64,000 nucleotides of DNA from the human T2T-CHM13v2.0 reference genome, Homo sapiens. The stretch lies in the NCBI RefSeq assembly GCF_009914755.1, contig NC_060928.1; one strand, 5' to 3'. This document shows positions 29,534 to 42,225 of the stretch, piece by piece; positions within the stretch are counted from its first letter, which is position 1; each line of letters opens with the position of its first letter. The position numbers and the translations under genes are program-made. The notes below the pieces were generated by a model. That model was not told the DNA's origin. It did not search any database and worked only from the letters and a program-made list of their open reading frames with translations.

Positions 29534-29548
29534 CGCACGCATGCATGC
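29487..29548. repeat. (GT)19(GC)6 compound microsatellite
   Basis: Directly visible; purine-pyrimidine alternation continues through ACGCATGCATGC. Confidence 0.95.
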
Positions 29549-30699
29549 AAACGTGTTCCATTGGACTATTGGATGAGTTTTAGTGACGTTCAAAATTTCA
29601 AGTTCCTTGTGATCTACAACCTACCCTCAAACTTCCCGACTAAGGGTTTTGGGAGAGAGAAAGTGATGTTTCTACAATTAAAAAAAGCTTCTACCATTAA
29701 AGCATTTGTTTTACATGAAAGCACTTCATGACCCAGTGAACACTAATAACCCATGTGATCTTTTAGGCGCATTAACTCACTCTTGTTGTAAGATCCATTA
29801 TACCTTTAGACCTACCATTTCATATAACATTTATCTCCCAAGACATCTGAGAAGTCAAATGAGAAGATTCTGGAGAAGGTGGTCTTTCAGGGTTTTACTG
29901 AACTCCTTGCAGTTGAATACTCTCAATGCATAAAAGAGGTTACATATCACTCCCTCCTGCATCTCTCCCTTCCTCTCTCTCTTTGATTTCTGTAATAGGT
30001 ACACATTCCTTTCAAACTTTGAGAAAATTCCTAACATTCTTCGGAAAATGAAGAACCCGCCCAGTCACATCTGAGCTTACTGAAGAGGTAACTGTGGCTC
30101 CTCCTGGAGCATCTTGTACTTCTTTCTGGAGGTACTCAACAGCCACTTTCCTTTTTTAACTACCCCAGACCTTTCTCACTATTTTCTTACATTTCAATAT
30201 ACCATAACTTGTCTATTTGTGGATTAGCCCTTAAAAAATCTACATTTTTAAAGTGGCCCCAGAAGAAAGGGAAGTTCTTAAATTTTTAATACAATGTCAT
30301 GAGTGGCTATATCATTATTTTCCTCTCTAATGGAAGATCCCAGAGTACCTAGAGAAAAGAAAGTGCTGAAAATAGAAGTGGGAAGCTAGAAAACTGTGAA
30401 AAATAAGAGGTATCAAGCTCAGAAGATAAACTCAGCTGACTTTTCAGTCTTGCTTGGGGCTGACTGTGGGAAGCTCTAATTGGAATGTAAAGGTGCGCTC
30501 TGTGCTGCTTGACTTCACCACGAATATTCACCACCCCAGCTAAGGGAAGCCAGAGGCTTCATAAAATCACTAAAAAATAACAACATACCAAATATTGGGA
30601 GGAGGAGGAAAACACAACTGCAATCAATTATTCTGTCATAAGTACACATAAAAGGGTAGCAAAAATTTCTCCAGACAGTTCACTATTCATGTGCTCTGT

Positions 30700-31850
30700 A
30701 TGAATGTCAAGATCTGTACATTGTACATAGTATTAATGTTTTGTCATTTTTCTCCTAAACTCATATTTCTTGAGTTCCTTTCCATTATATCTGATGTTTC
30801 TTATCTCTTATTTACTGATATTCATTTAATTTTATTATGCTATAGAAGCATGTATCTGCTTGATCCCATTACTTCAAATTTGCTAGATTTACTTTATAAC
30901 TGGATACAGTATGCCTCATGTACTTGATAGGAACATATATTATCTAATCAAGGTATACCAACACAACCTTGTTAACTACATTTTTCAAATCTGTCTTCTT
31001 ACTGTATTCTTTTTTGGGGGGTGAGGGAATGGAATGGTATCCCTGATGCTACCAAAAGAGTTATGTTTAATTTTCCAACTCTGATGGTTGATTGTAAATA
31101 TTTCCTTGTTCTGAAAATTATTGCCTTCTATATTTTGAAGCTATGTTAAGTGCACATATTTTGAAATTGTATTTTAATATGTTTTTTCATTCTATGTTAT
31201 CTTTTTAACTTTATTAATGTTGTTTTGCCTTTGTTTTGCTTAATGCTAATACAGCTATACCAGCTTTCTTTTGATTACTATTTGAGAAATATATCTTACT
31301 CCTTTTTTATATATTTTTAATCTCTCTCCTGTCTTTGCACTGTAAATTAGCTTTGAAAACAGCTCCTAGGTGAACTTTGCTTTTGGTCTACTCTGTCAAT
31401 ATTTGTCTTTTAATTAACAAGATCAATCTACATATAGTTAATTGGATTATCAATGTATATGGATTTATTTCAGCTACTTTATTTTGTGCTTTATATTTGC
31501 CCCACTTGTTATATTTCTTCTCTTCTTTCTCTCTCTTCCTTTTTACCTTCATTTGAATTGTCAGTTTCTTTCTTTTTTCTATCCATTCCTGGTTTAAATG
31601 AATGTATTTTATCTCTTTTTTTTTAGTAGTTTCTCCAAAAATTTAAACACATGCACTAAACAAGTGCCAATATCTTCATACCTCAGTCAAAAGGTACAAA
31701 GTTCTTTATCTCCAATAATGCTCTCTCTCCTTTGGCGGTTGGGTTATTCTGGTTCTAGATGTTAATGTTGCTGTTTAACACCGGATATTAGGCACTGTTG
31801 TTTTTACTACCATCAAAGTTTTATTAGATTTGCCAGATTTCTACTGTTTC
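30700..31850 (-). mobile_element. Ancient L1M-type fragment
   Basis: T-rich tract with AATACAGCTATACCAGCTTTCTTTTGATTA-type L1 ORF2 antisense motifs; approximate. Confidence 0.5.
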
Positions 31851-32284
31851 CTTTGCCAACTGTTCACCTTTTCTCATCCGATGTGATTCTCAGCTTCTAC
31901 ACCTTACCCCTTTCTGTAAAGAGCAGACAGTCATGCCATTGACACGTAATTTTGATCATGACCCCCCTCTGCTCAAAACCCTCCAGCAACTTCCAGTGTC
32001 TTTATCTCTGCTACACGCCCAGCTCCTTTTCCCTCACGCTACTGCAGCCTCTCTAGTATCTTTGCTGTTCCTTGCTCCTGTTTCAGAATTTTGCACTTGC
32101 TGTTCTTTCTCCCTAAAGTGTCCTTCCCCCAGATTGGTGCATGGCTCTCTTCTTTGCTTCCTTTAGATCTTTACTCAAATGTTACTTTCTCAGTGAAGTC
32201 TTCTCTGACCATTCTCTTTAAAGTTGCAACCTCTAAATCTCCCATCTTTCCCTGAGAGTGTTTTGTTCTGGCACTTATGATCAC

Positions 32285-32450
32285 CAATGATGTGCTAAAA
32301 CTGGCTCACATTGGCTTACAAGGTCAATTTTGTGCATCTCCTTCTAGCTTTATGGAAGGAATATTTACACTGTAAAATAGACAAATGTGACAAATCTGGG
32401 CTTTTTATTCACACAGACCCAGTTGTTAAAGGCTTCACAGCATGCTACCA
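32285..32450. mobile_element. MER63A-like hAT-Blackjack element
   Basis: CAATGATGTGCTAAAACTGGCTC...ATATTTACAC...CAAATCTGGGCTTTTT...CCAGTTGTTAAA. Confidence 0.6.
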
Positions 32451-32476
32451 GACATACCATGTATTTTACTAATTTA

Positions 32477-32518
32477 TTAGGTTGGTGCAAAAATAATTGT
32501 GGTTTTTGCCACTACTTT
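32477..32518. mobile_element. Half MADE1 (Hsmar1 mariner TIR)
   Basis: TA + TTAGGTTGGTGCAAAAATAATTGTGGTTTTTGCCA; second TIR absent. Confidence 0.85.
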
Positions 32519-32675
32519 GTTATTTGGACTATTAAAATGTAAGCTTTATTAGGGCAAGATTTTTTTCATCTATTTTGTTCACGGATGTATCTCCAGCACA
32601 GAGAAATGTGCCTGGCTCAGTATATATTTGTTGGATGAATGAATTGCATTCTTTCTGAAGTATATCCTTTAGACA

Positions 32676-33065
32676 TGATAAAAGAAAAACATCAGCTGAA
32701 TTAAATTTAAAGGAGTTTAATTGAGCAATGAACAATTCATGAATCAGGCAGCCTCCCGAGCCAGAGTAGGTTCAGAGACTCCAGCGCAGCCACATGGTGG
32801 AAGAAGATTTATGAACAGAAAAAGGAAAGTGACATACAGAAAACAGAAGTGAGGACAGAAACAGCTGGATTGGTTACAGGTTAGTGTTTGCCTTATTTGA
32901 ATATAATTTGAACACAACTGACTGGCCAAAACACAGTGATTGGCACAAGTGTAGACTACGGTCTGTTTACACCTCCACTTGTTATAGCTCACAATGTACA
33001 GAAAAACCTTTAGGCTGAACTGAAATTATGTAAGGAGGTGGCTTTAGTCCAAACTTTATTTTAAA
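32676..33065 (-). mobile_element. MER57-like ERV1 solo LTR
   Basis: TGATAAAAGAAAAAC...AACCTTTAGGCTGAAC...ATGTAAGGAGGTGGCTTTAG is the reverse of the recalled MER57 start. Confidence 0.75.
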
Positions 33066-33798
33066 GACTTCCTTCAATGAGAATCTATTCATGGTAAACC
33101 TTCTCAGATTTTATGCATTGTAAATGTCTTTATTTTCCCTCATCCTTAAAAGATAGTTTGGTTGACTTCACAATGCCTAATTAAGTTCCCTCATATATAT
33201 CCATTGCTGCTCACACTGGGAAGATTGGTCCTCCCTGGAAGTCACCTAAACATTTTTGGTAATAGAATGTCCAGTTCCACTGGTCCCTAATAGTTTTATG
33301 ATTGTCACAATATTAGGCAATTTGAGACCATTCTTCTCTCCCTCCCTCTCCCTCACTCTCTCTCTTTGTTTGGTGGAATACTTACTTATTTCTACATTTG
33401 ATATAACGTGATCATATTAAAAATACACAGGAAAATAAATTACTGTCAATATTATTATCACATTCAAATAGCCATAGTGTGCTAGCAACTATACAACTGT
33501 ACAGTTATTTTAAGGAAATAATTTTATAATTTAACATGGCGAAATCATAAAATAGATTAGCAAAGGGAAAAAACATTTCATATTCATAATCTATTTACTT
33601 TTAATATATTGTATTAAATTTGTTGTTACATTGTGAAATGGAATGTTTCTCTACTATTAAGGAGTGATTTGTTATGCAATGACGTTCTAAAAGAATGAGT
33701 TATAAATTATTTAAAGAAAGCAAAATGCTGTTACTGAACACATGAATATGTAAACAGGATACTTGGTGACTGATTACATTTTTTAAAGGTCTGATACA

Positions 33799-34141
<343 letters not shown>

Positions 34142-34539
34142 TCATAAATGGTACCAAAGCTCAACCAGACAATGATGAGTTCTACACACTGTAGTAGCAG
34201 AAGAATACAAGAGGCAAATTCAGAACAGAGATTTAGGTTCTAGAGATATTAAGAAAATTATGCACATTTACTTTGTTAAAATAATGTCATAAGATTTCAA
34301 AGGATATGCTGATGAATAATGAAACACATTTTTGATAAAGGAAATCAAAAACCTTGGAGAAAATTGTACGATTTGCCAGTTACTGGATTATGTCCTTCTC
34401 TTGGTTAAGAGAATTTATTTCTTCTAACATTCCATGTTTCTAGAAAATAAATCAGCATGTAAAAAATCTTTTTTGTATCTCTATGCTGGTGATTTAAACC
34501 TGTACAGACTGCAGTAAGTTACTCCCAAAATAGGTAACA

Positions 34540-34760
34540 CTTACTGAGTATGTACGTTGTTTTAAGTGCTTTGCTTCATCATTTAATTATCGTAGAAATC
34601 CTATAAAACAAAGATTATAAGCAGCATCATTTTACATAAAGAAACTGAGGCTGATAGATTATGACTAACTTGCCCAAGATCTTACAACTAGTAAGTGGCA
34701 TTCCTAGAATACAAAATGCAGATCTACCTGGCTCCAAAATCTGAGCTTTTCCACCTCATG
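34540..34760 (-). mobile_element. MIR SINE
   Basis: GAAACTGAGGC...AACTTGCCCAAGATC...CTAGTAAGTGGCA. Confidence 0.75.
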
Positions 34761-35577
34761 TGCTTCACAGTTATGAGCTTAACACAACTGGTGTTAGGTG
34801 GTGTCCATAAAAATTTCTTCCTACCAAGCTCCACCTTATGGTAAATTACATCCTATCAGATTCTGTTATAGTTTGATGGGTTGTATCTAAAGCTTTGCCC
34901 TAGATTTACCGATAAGTCTGGAACAAAAATTAGTATTAGTCACTTCTTGAAATGTCTTGGGCTGAAATAAATTTTGGATGAATTAGAGTGGCATAGTGAC
35001 AGCATAGTGACAGGCCCTTCTGGCGCTCAATCAATTAAAGAACCAAAATTGCCCATAATTCTGATAATCTCACTTTTTCTATCTGTATGTACTCAGATTT
35101 TAAAGTCTGTGTGATGTTGTAAAGTGCTTTATGAAGGCATTCCTAACATTTTTTTAAAGCACACAAACAAAATAGAAAAAGTCAAGGAAATTCTGACATA
35201 TTGTCACTTAGTCTCTGGGAAACATGAATTAGTAGCTAAAGCACTTTTTTATTCTTAACTTTTATAGGCTTCCATGAATAATGAAACTGGAGACTGAAGT
35301 ACAAAATGGATCTTAAAATCATGATGTTAATATAAAATAAATGATGAGATCTACTTGACATCATTTATAAACTGTTTATAACCAAAGAAATATAGCCAAC
35401 TTATTAAACTTCTAGATAAACTGAAATTTTTAAAATTAAAATTAAAATTTACCTATAAAATACATATTAGAATTTTACCTTAAAAGATTATATGCTTTCT
35501 CATTTTAATATTAATAGTTATAATGATTATACAGGATTATTAATAGTTATTAGTTACACCAATTACTAAAACAGCTA

Positions 35578-36072
35578 TGTATGGTTTTCTATTAATGCCA
35601 AAGCAAATTACCACCAACTTAGTGTCTTAAAACAACCCAAATCTGTCATTTTGCATTTCTGAAGGTCAGACATCCAACATGGGTCTTACTGAGCTAAGTT
35701 CAAGATGTCCACAGGGCTGTGTTCCTTTCTGGAGGCTCTAGGGGAGAACCCATCACCTTGCTTTTTCCATCTTCTAGATTCCGCACACATTCCTTGGCTC
35801 ATATTCCCTTCCTTCATCATTAAAGCCAGAAATACTCTCTGTGCCTTATTTCATGGCCACATCTCTCTCAAACTGGAAAAGGTTCTCTGCTTTTAAGGAT
35901 CCGTATGGCCCACCTGGATAATCCAGAATAATCTCCCCATATCAAAGTCCTTAACTTAATCACATCTGCAAAATCTCTTTTGCCATGTAATGTTCACATT
36001 CACAGGTTCCAGGGATTAGGACATGGATTTCTTGGCGGGGGAGGTAAAGGAGATATTATTCTGTGTACCACA
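35578..36072 (-). mobile_element. MLT1C/D-like MaLR solo LTR
   Basis: TG...CA termini with 5-bp TSD AGCTA (35573-35577, 36073-36077); CTGGAGGCTCTAGGGGAGAA and AACTTAATCACATCTGCAAA motifs. Confidence 0.88.
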
Positions 36073-36949
36073 AGCTATGCTCTTCAGGTAATCATGCTAC
36101 AATTCTTACAACGACTCAACTCCCGCAAGAAACTCTGCTACTCTACTACTGTTTTCCTCACTGGGAAATGAAATCTTGATGGCATATACATGCTCAAACA
36201 ATTACTCTAGATCTCTGAGTCAACAGTAGTTAACTAGGGAAAATTAAATTATTGTGCTGTTAAACGCTTCATATCCCTTACACACAGGAGGTTAAACATG
36301 GGGGAGCAAGTAACTCTTCCTTCACTTAGATGTCTTAAGAAATGTACCTCACCAAAGATTGCTTGGTTGGAGCAGATGTGTGACTATCATCAATTCATTA
36401 CTTTAGGAGTTTCTAATATCATGTTTCTAGAAGTGCATCAATTATGAGACTAGAGACTGTTTTGAAAGCCAGTTGATTAGGACTACCACATAGTCACCTA
36501 AGCACAGTTTACCATTTTCATTGTTACCATTTCATTATACTTTTATTTTTCTATTTTGTTCTCTTTGATTTATGTTTCTGCATCCACCTCAGTTTCAGTG
36601 CCCTTATTGTATTGGCCTTTCCCCCTTTGGAATTTCTATTCTAACTACCCCAACCTAAAAACAACAATGGTGTTTTATCTGTTCATCCCTTCTGTCTTTA
36701 TCTCCCCTGCTTTGATATCCTGGTGCCTGGTGCAGTAATGTACCTTTTTCCCCCCTTCATACATAGATCTTTATTTTATGTAACTTCTTGTCTCTATTTT
36801 CTTCTCTGACTATATAAACTGAGTAGAATCAGATTTCTGGGAAAGAAAAATATTGCGTGTAGAAATTAGACCAACTTGTTGAGGCACTGAACAAAGATCT
36901 ATCCTCAAAAATAATAATAATAAGTTCTTCACTATTCTTTTGGATTAAA

Positions 36950-37930
36950 ATATATATTTTATATATAACATATTATATATTATATATATTATATAATATA
37001 TTTTATATATTATATATATTATATAATATATTTTATATATTATATATATTATATAATATATTTTATATATTATATATATTATATATTATATTTTATATAT
37101 TATACATAATATATTATATATATTATATATTATATATATTATATATTATATATATTATATATATTATGTATTATATATATTATATATATTATGTATTATA
37201 TATATTATATATCATATATCATATGTTATATATTATATATCATATATCATATGTTATATATTATATATCATATATCATATGTTATATATTATATATACAT
37301 TATATATGTTATATATTATATATACATTATATATGTTATATATTATATATACATTATATATGTTATATATTATATATACATTATATATAATATGTTATAT
37401 ATTATATATACATTATATATAATATGTTATATATTATATATACATTATATATAATATGTTATATATTATATATACATTATATATAATATGTTATATATTA
37501 TATATACATTATATATAACATGTTATATATTATATATACATTATATATAACATGTTATATATTATATATACATTATATATAACATGTTATATATTATATA
37601 TACATTATATATAACATGTTATATATTATATATACATTATATATAACATGTTATATATTATATATACATTATATATAACATGTTATATATTATATATACA
37701 TTATATATAACATGTTATATATTATATATACATTATATATAACATGTTATATATTATATACACATTATATATAACATGTTATATATTATATATACATTAT
37801 ATATAACATGTTATATATTATATACACATTATATATAACATGTTATATATTATATATACATTATATATAACATGTTATATATTATATATACATTATATAT
37901 AACATGTTATATATTATATATATATATATA
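36950..37930. repeat. AT-rich compound minisatellite (30-, 28-, 27- and 32-bp units)
   Basis: 17 consecutive 32-bp units at 37379-37922, consensus CATTATATATAA(T/C)ATGTTATATATTATATATA, preceded by related shorter units. Confidence 0.95.
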
Positions 37931-38717
37931 GTGCTAGAACAACATATAACAGAGTCATTTTTATCTAAGAATCCTAAGAGACAAAGTAGTTGAGTTCACA
38001 GAGAAAGACAACTTACTTGATATTCTTGAATAAATGAATTCAAGTGGTTTTGACAATAAAATGAAGATTAGAGTTGCTGCCAATGGGGTAATGAATAGTT
38101 ATATCCTGCCAAACTCAGATTTCTGATATGCTGAAAAATACTTCTAGGAAATTTTGTATAACATTTAACAAAAATTATTTGACAATATTTTCAGGAAAAA
38201 GACATTATAATGAAAACCCATTTTAACTCTAGTGTGATTGCTTTAAAAAAGTAAGTTAGGTTAATATTCAAAGGATCTCGACATAATTTGCTAATCTGCT
38301 CTAGAAATGCAATAAGTATTTAAAGGAAGTAAAGGGAGAAAATACTTTCCCAGTCTATGTCATTTCTTATGTGATACAGGGACACTGTCATTGCTCTAAC
38401 TGAGGGGCAAATGAACAATGGAAAACTAAAGACACATTTTTCCTTCTTGCTAGGACTGTCCTGCTAGAAGCATATCTCCAATAGCATTGTCATTTGCACT
38501 TTGCAAGAACTAATTAGTACTCAGTCACCATTCTCAAAGAAGACACAGCTGCTCATTGTATTCAAAAAAGTTATGTTTACCTAAGTGGAATCTATCTTTA
38601 AGGATGCCAGTGGCAAGAGGCTGTTCATCAAACTTCAGAATAGTTCAGAGCCTCTGAAGAGGCCTAGGAGGGCCTATGTTCACTGCTCCGTACTTAGAAA
38701 TTGACACAATGTCAGTG

Positions 38718-38922
38718 TGGAGGGTGGGGGTGATGGGAGGAAGAGCATCAGGACAAATAGCTAATGCATGCTGGGCTTAAAACCTAGGTGACGGATTGAT
38801 AGGTGCAGCAAACCACCACGGCACATGTATACCTATATAACAAACCTGCACGTTCTACACATGTATCCTGGAACTTAAAATAAGTAAATAAATAAATAAA
38901 AAGAAAAAAGAAAAAAAAGAAA
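38718..38922 (+). mobile_element. 5'-truncated L1PA (L1PA7-10-like) 3' end
   Basis: L1 3'UTR plus A-rich tail; 22-bp direct repeat AGAAATTGACACAAT(G/T)TCAGTG at 38696-38717 and 38923-38944. Confidence 0.9.
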
Positions 38923-39130
38923 AGAAATTGACACAATTTCAGTGCAACATCCTCAAAAGCAAGGAAAGTCTATGAGAGTAATTAATTATCTTTGTTTTCA
39001 AGCCATCAGCAGACTTCAGATTGTTTCTCTATTGTAATTGAATGTCTCTAAGGAGCAAAGTTATTACTTAATTAAAACTAATCCTTCTGGTCACTTACAT
39101 ATGACATAGTCAACAGCTTATACTTGATCT

Positions 39131-39258
39131 CTTTTTTTTTTTTTTTTTTTTTTTTGAGGCAGAGTCTCACCATGTTGCCCAGGCTGAACTTGAACTCCCG
39201 GGCTCAAGCTCAGCCTTCCAAGTAGTTAAAACCACAGGCCCATGCCAGCACACCCAAG
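39131..39258 (-). mobile_element. FLAM/Alu monomer
   Basis: poly(T) + GAGGCAGAGTCTCACCATGTTGCCCAGGCTG...; single arm. Confidence 0.8.
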
Positions 39259-39494
39259 TATACCTGTACTTTTATTGTTGATGAACCTAAAACACAGATA
39301 TTACTGGGCACCAGTGATGAATCTACTGTTAACTTGTAAATGAACAGAAAGCAAAGTCCTACTGTATTTTTTTTAAAGAAATGGTTCAAGAATTCGTCAC
39401 TAGTTTCTTCTTAATCATTCTTTTACTCTGTGATGTTCAGATGCATTTAATCACTTATCAATACAAGACAATTTTCATGAGTTTCCAAACCACG

Positions 39495-39660
39495 GAAAAG
39501 CCAAGAAACATCACTTTAAATGTTTGCTTAAAAATGCAGATTCCCCAATTCCACACTCAAAGATTTTTGTCTTGGTAGATCAGGGGGAAGTGAGGGGCCC
39601 AGATCACCTAGATGATTCTAATGCAGGTAGTAGAAATGCACATTTGGGGAAACATAGGTT
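39495..39660. mobile_element. MER5-like DNA transposon fragment
   Basis: TTAAAAATGCAGATTCC...GATGATTCTAATGCAGG. Confidence 0.6.
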
Positions 39661-41614
39661 TAAATAGACTACATTTGATATTATTGTAAAATATGAAGAC
39701 CTGGGTCCTATTATTTTTTCCTGTAGAAAGTATCTTAAAATCATGTTGTATAAAAATATTTAATTTTACATATATAAGCAAATATATAATGGAAAGAGGT
39801 CACAATAGAATTAATAGTTTTGTGACTGAGTTTAATCTGATGCTGGAAGAGTTCTTACATTTAGTTATTTTGAACCATGTACCAAGACAGTGTGATAATA
39901 TTTTGGCAAATATGTGTACATGTGAAAACTGCCTATGGAGATCAATATAGTGCATTTTACATGAAGGGACAGAAACAGAAGATTGAAGAAAGTAATTCCA
40001 ATAAGTGGATGACTTGTTAGTATTGCCTAGTAAGAGGACACTGGATAATTTTGACAAAGTAATGAAAGGTACATTGCTTCTGTGATCTTTCAGGAACCTG
40101 TGCATCAGATCAGTCAGAAGAAAGATTCCAGCAGAGAAGGTTATGATCAGGAGGTGTAAGAGTTAGGATAGAGAAATGGGAATTGTTTTCCTAAAGGGGA
40201 AGGAACAGAGAGAGAGAGAGGTTAATTATACTTCAGGTTTAATTGAATGTGCTTCTAATGAAATAGCAAATAAATTACAAAAGAGATCTGAGGTTGAATT
40301 ATATAGGTGGGATAGAGTACCCCATTAGGTGATTTTTTTAAATGTTAGCAAGAGAAGTAATTTTGAATGAAGAAATTTTACCTTGGGAAGCTTTAAACAT
40401 TCGCCTTTGAGAAACTACAATTAGAGTGAGCCCTGTTTGGGGTTTTTTTGTCTAAATGTCCAAAATGAAAATAAATTTTTATTATTTTAAATATATAAAC
40501 AATCCACGCACTTTGTAATGAAAATAATTAATATAGAAAACTACAAAGAAGAAAGCAAAAAGCAATTCTCTCCTCAGTCTCTCTACACGCTGGATTTAGT
40601 CAATCTTTAATGTTTGCAAATCTAATAGGTAAAATTTTTTATTTCATTCATTTTTTAATTCTTATTTGTATTTGTAAGAAAGAGTTAATATGGTCACTTA
40701 TGTTTATTGTCCATTTGTATTCCCCTTTTGAGAATTGTTTCTTGTCAATCGTTTTCCATTGGAGTGTTTGTTTTTGACCAGTTATTATTTTTCCTCTTAT
40801 TTCACACTCCATAAATGGAACAGCATGTTCCTTTGTTGTTATTTAACCTTTATGTATTTATATTCCCAGGAAGTTTTAATTATTACAAATTAAGTTTAAA
40901 AAGTTTTATTAATATCATAGAGGGGGAAGGCTGATACAACCTCTTTCAAAAGATACCAGGTTGTAGCACCTGGTACAGTGTTCCTGCAGTGAGCAACTTA
41001 CTGAAATGTGTACTCTCAGAGCTCATTTCTCCCCTGCAAAGATGGCAATGAAATAAGAATGCAGCAAACCTATGAGTGTGAAAGCACTTTACAAATCATA
41101 AATCTTTATCTCTGGGTTTGTTTCTTTTCCTGGGATTAGACAATTAGATTTAATCATTGCTAAGGTCTCGACCAGTTCTAACTCTGTGAAATTCTTTAAA
41201 ACATTACTAAGGAAAGCCCAGCACCAATTGACTTGAGCAGAGTAATTATATGGTGAAATAGGGTGAACAGAACACTGCTTCTGAGAATTAGGATTCCCAT
41301 CCTTCCTCCACATGGTATGCTTTACATAACAGCCCCAGTGAATGCATGTGTGAGAAGGCTGGTTGGCCTCCCTGACTTCTGGTGAGGCAGAGAATTCCAA
41401 GACTCTCTGGTTTCCCTGAATAACATTATCCATCTGTTATATAACTTGTTTAAAATATTCTGTAGGTATTCATATGATTACTCCCTACAGTCTATTATTT
41501 TGATACAGTCCATAAGCTTACTTTTAATTTGAAACAAATTTCCCAGCCTGTGGTTCTTATCAAATCCGTCATCTATGTGTTCAACCCTCAATTCTGTAGA
41601 CCTCAACCATTCTT

Positions 41615-42190
41615 TTTTTTTTTTTTGTACACTTTAAGTTCTAGGGTACATGTGCACAATGTGCAGGTTTGTTACATATGTATACATGTGCCATGATGCT
41701 GTGCTGCACCCATTAACTTGTCATTTACATTAGGTATATCTCCTAATGCTATCCCTCCCCACTCCCCCCACCTCATGACAGGCCCCAGTGTGTGATGTTC
41801 CCCTCCCTGTGTCCAAGTGTTCTCATTGTTCAATTCCCACCTATGACTGAGAACATAAGGTGTTTGGTTTTTTGTCCTTGCGATAGCTTGCTGAGAATGA
41901 TGGTTTCCAGCTTCATCCATGTCCCTACAAAGGACATGAACTTGTTTTTTGTCCTTGCGATAGTTTGCTGAGAATGATGGTTTCCAGCTTCATCCATGTC
42001 CCTAGAAAGGACATGAACTTATCCTTTTTTATGGCTGCATAGTATTCCATGGTGTATATGTGCCACATTTTCTTAATCCAGTCTATCATTGATGGACATT
42101 TGGGTTGGTTCCAAGTCTTTCTATTGTGAATATTGCCACAATAAACATACGTGTGCATGTGTCTTTATAGCAGCATGATTTATAATCGTT
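41615..42190 (-). mobile_element. 5'-truncated L1PA (L1PA4-6-like)
   Basis: poly(T)+ACTTTAAGTTCTAGGGTACATGTG; perfect 16-bp TSD GACCTCAACCATTCTT at 41599-41614 and 42191-42206. Confidence 0.93.
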
Positions 42191-42225
42191 GACCTCAACC
42201 ATTCTTATCTTGACTTTCATATTTT

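Larger units (their letters stand above)
31930..32644 (+). mobile_element. L2 3' end interrupted by MER63-like and MADE1 elements
   Basis: CCTCTGCTCAAAACCCTCCAGC...GTGCCTGGC...ATATTTGTTGGATGAATGAAT L2 terminus. Confidence 0.7.

Noticed and set aside
37166-37454. Tyr/Ile-rich ORFs and regular repeats that might suggest a CRISPR-like array
   Set aside because: Translation of an AT minisatellite; no unique spacers, no cas genes, eukaryotic context
37507-37922. Array of p53-like half-sites (TAACATGTTA)
   Set aside because: Each deviates from RRRCWWGYYY at both ends and half-sites are 22 bp apart, not adjacent
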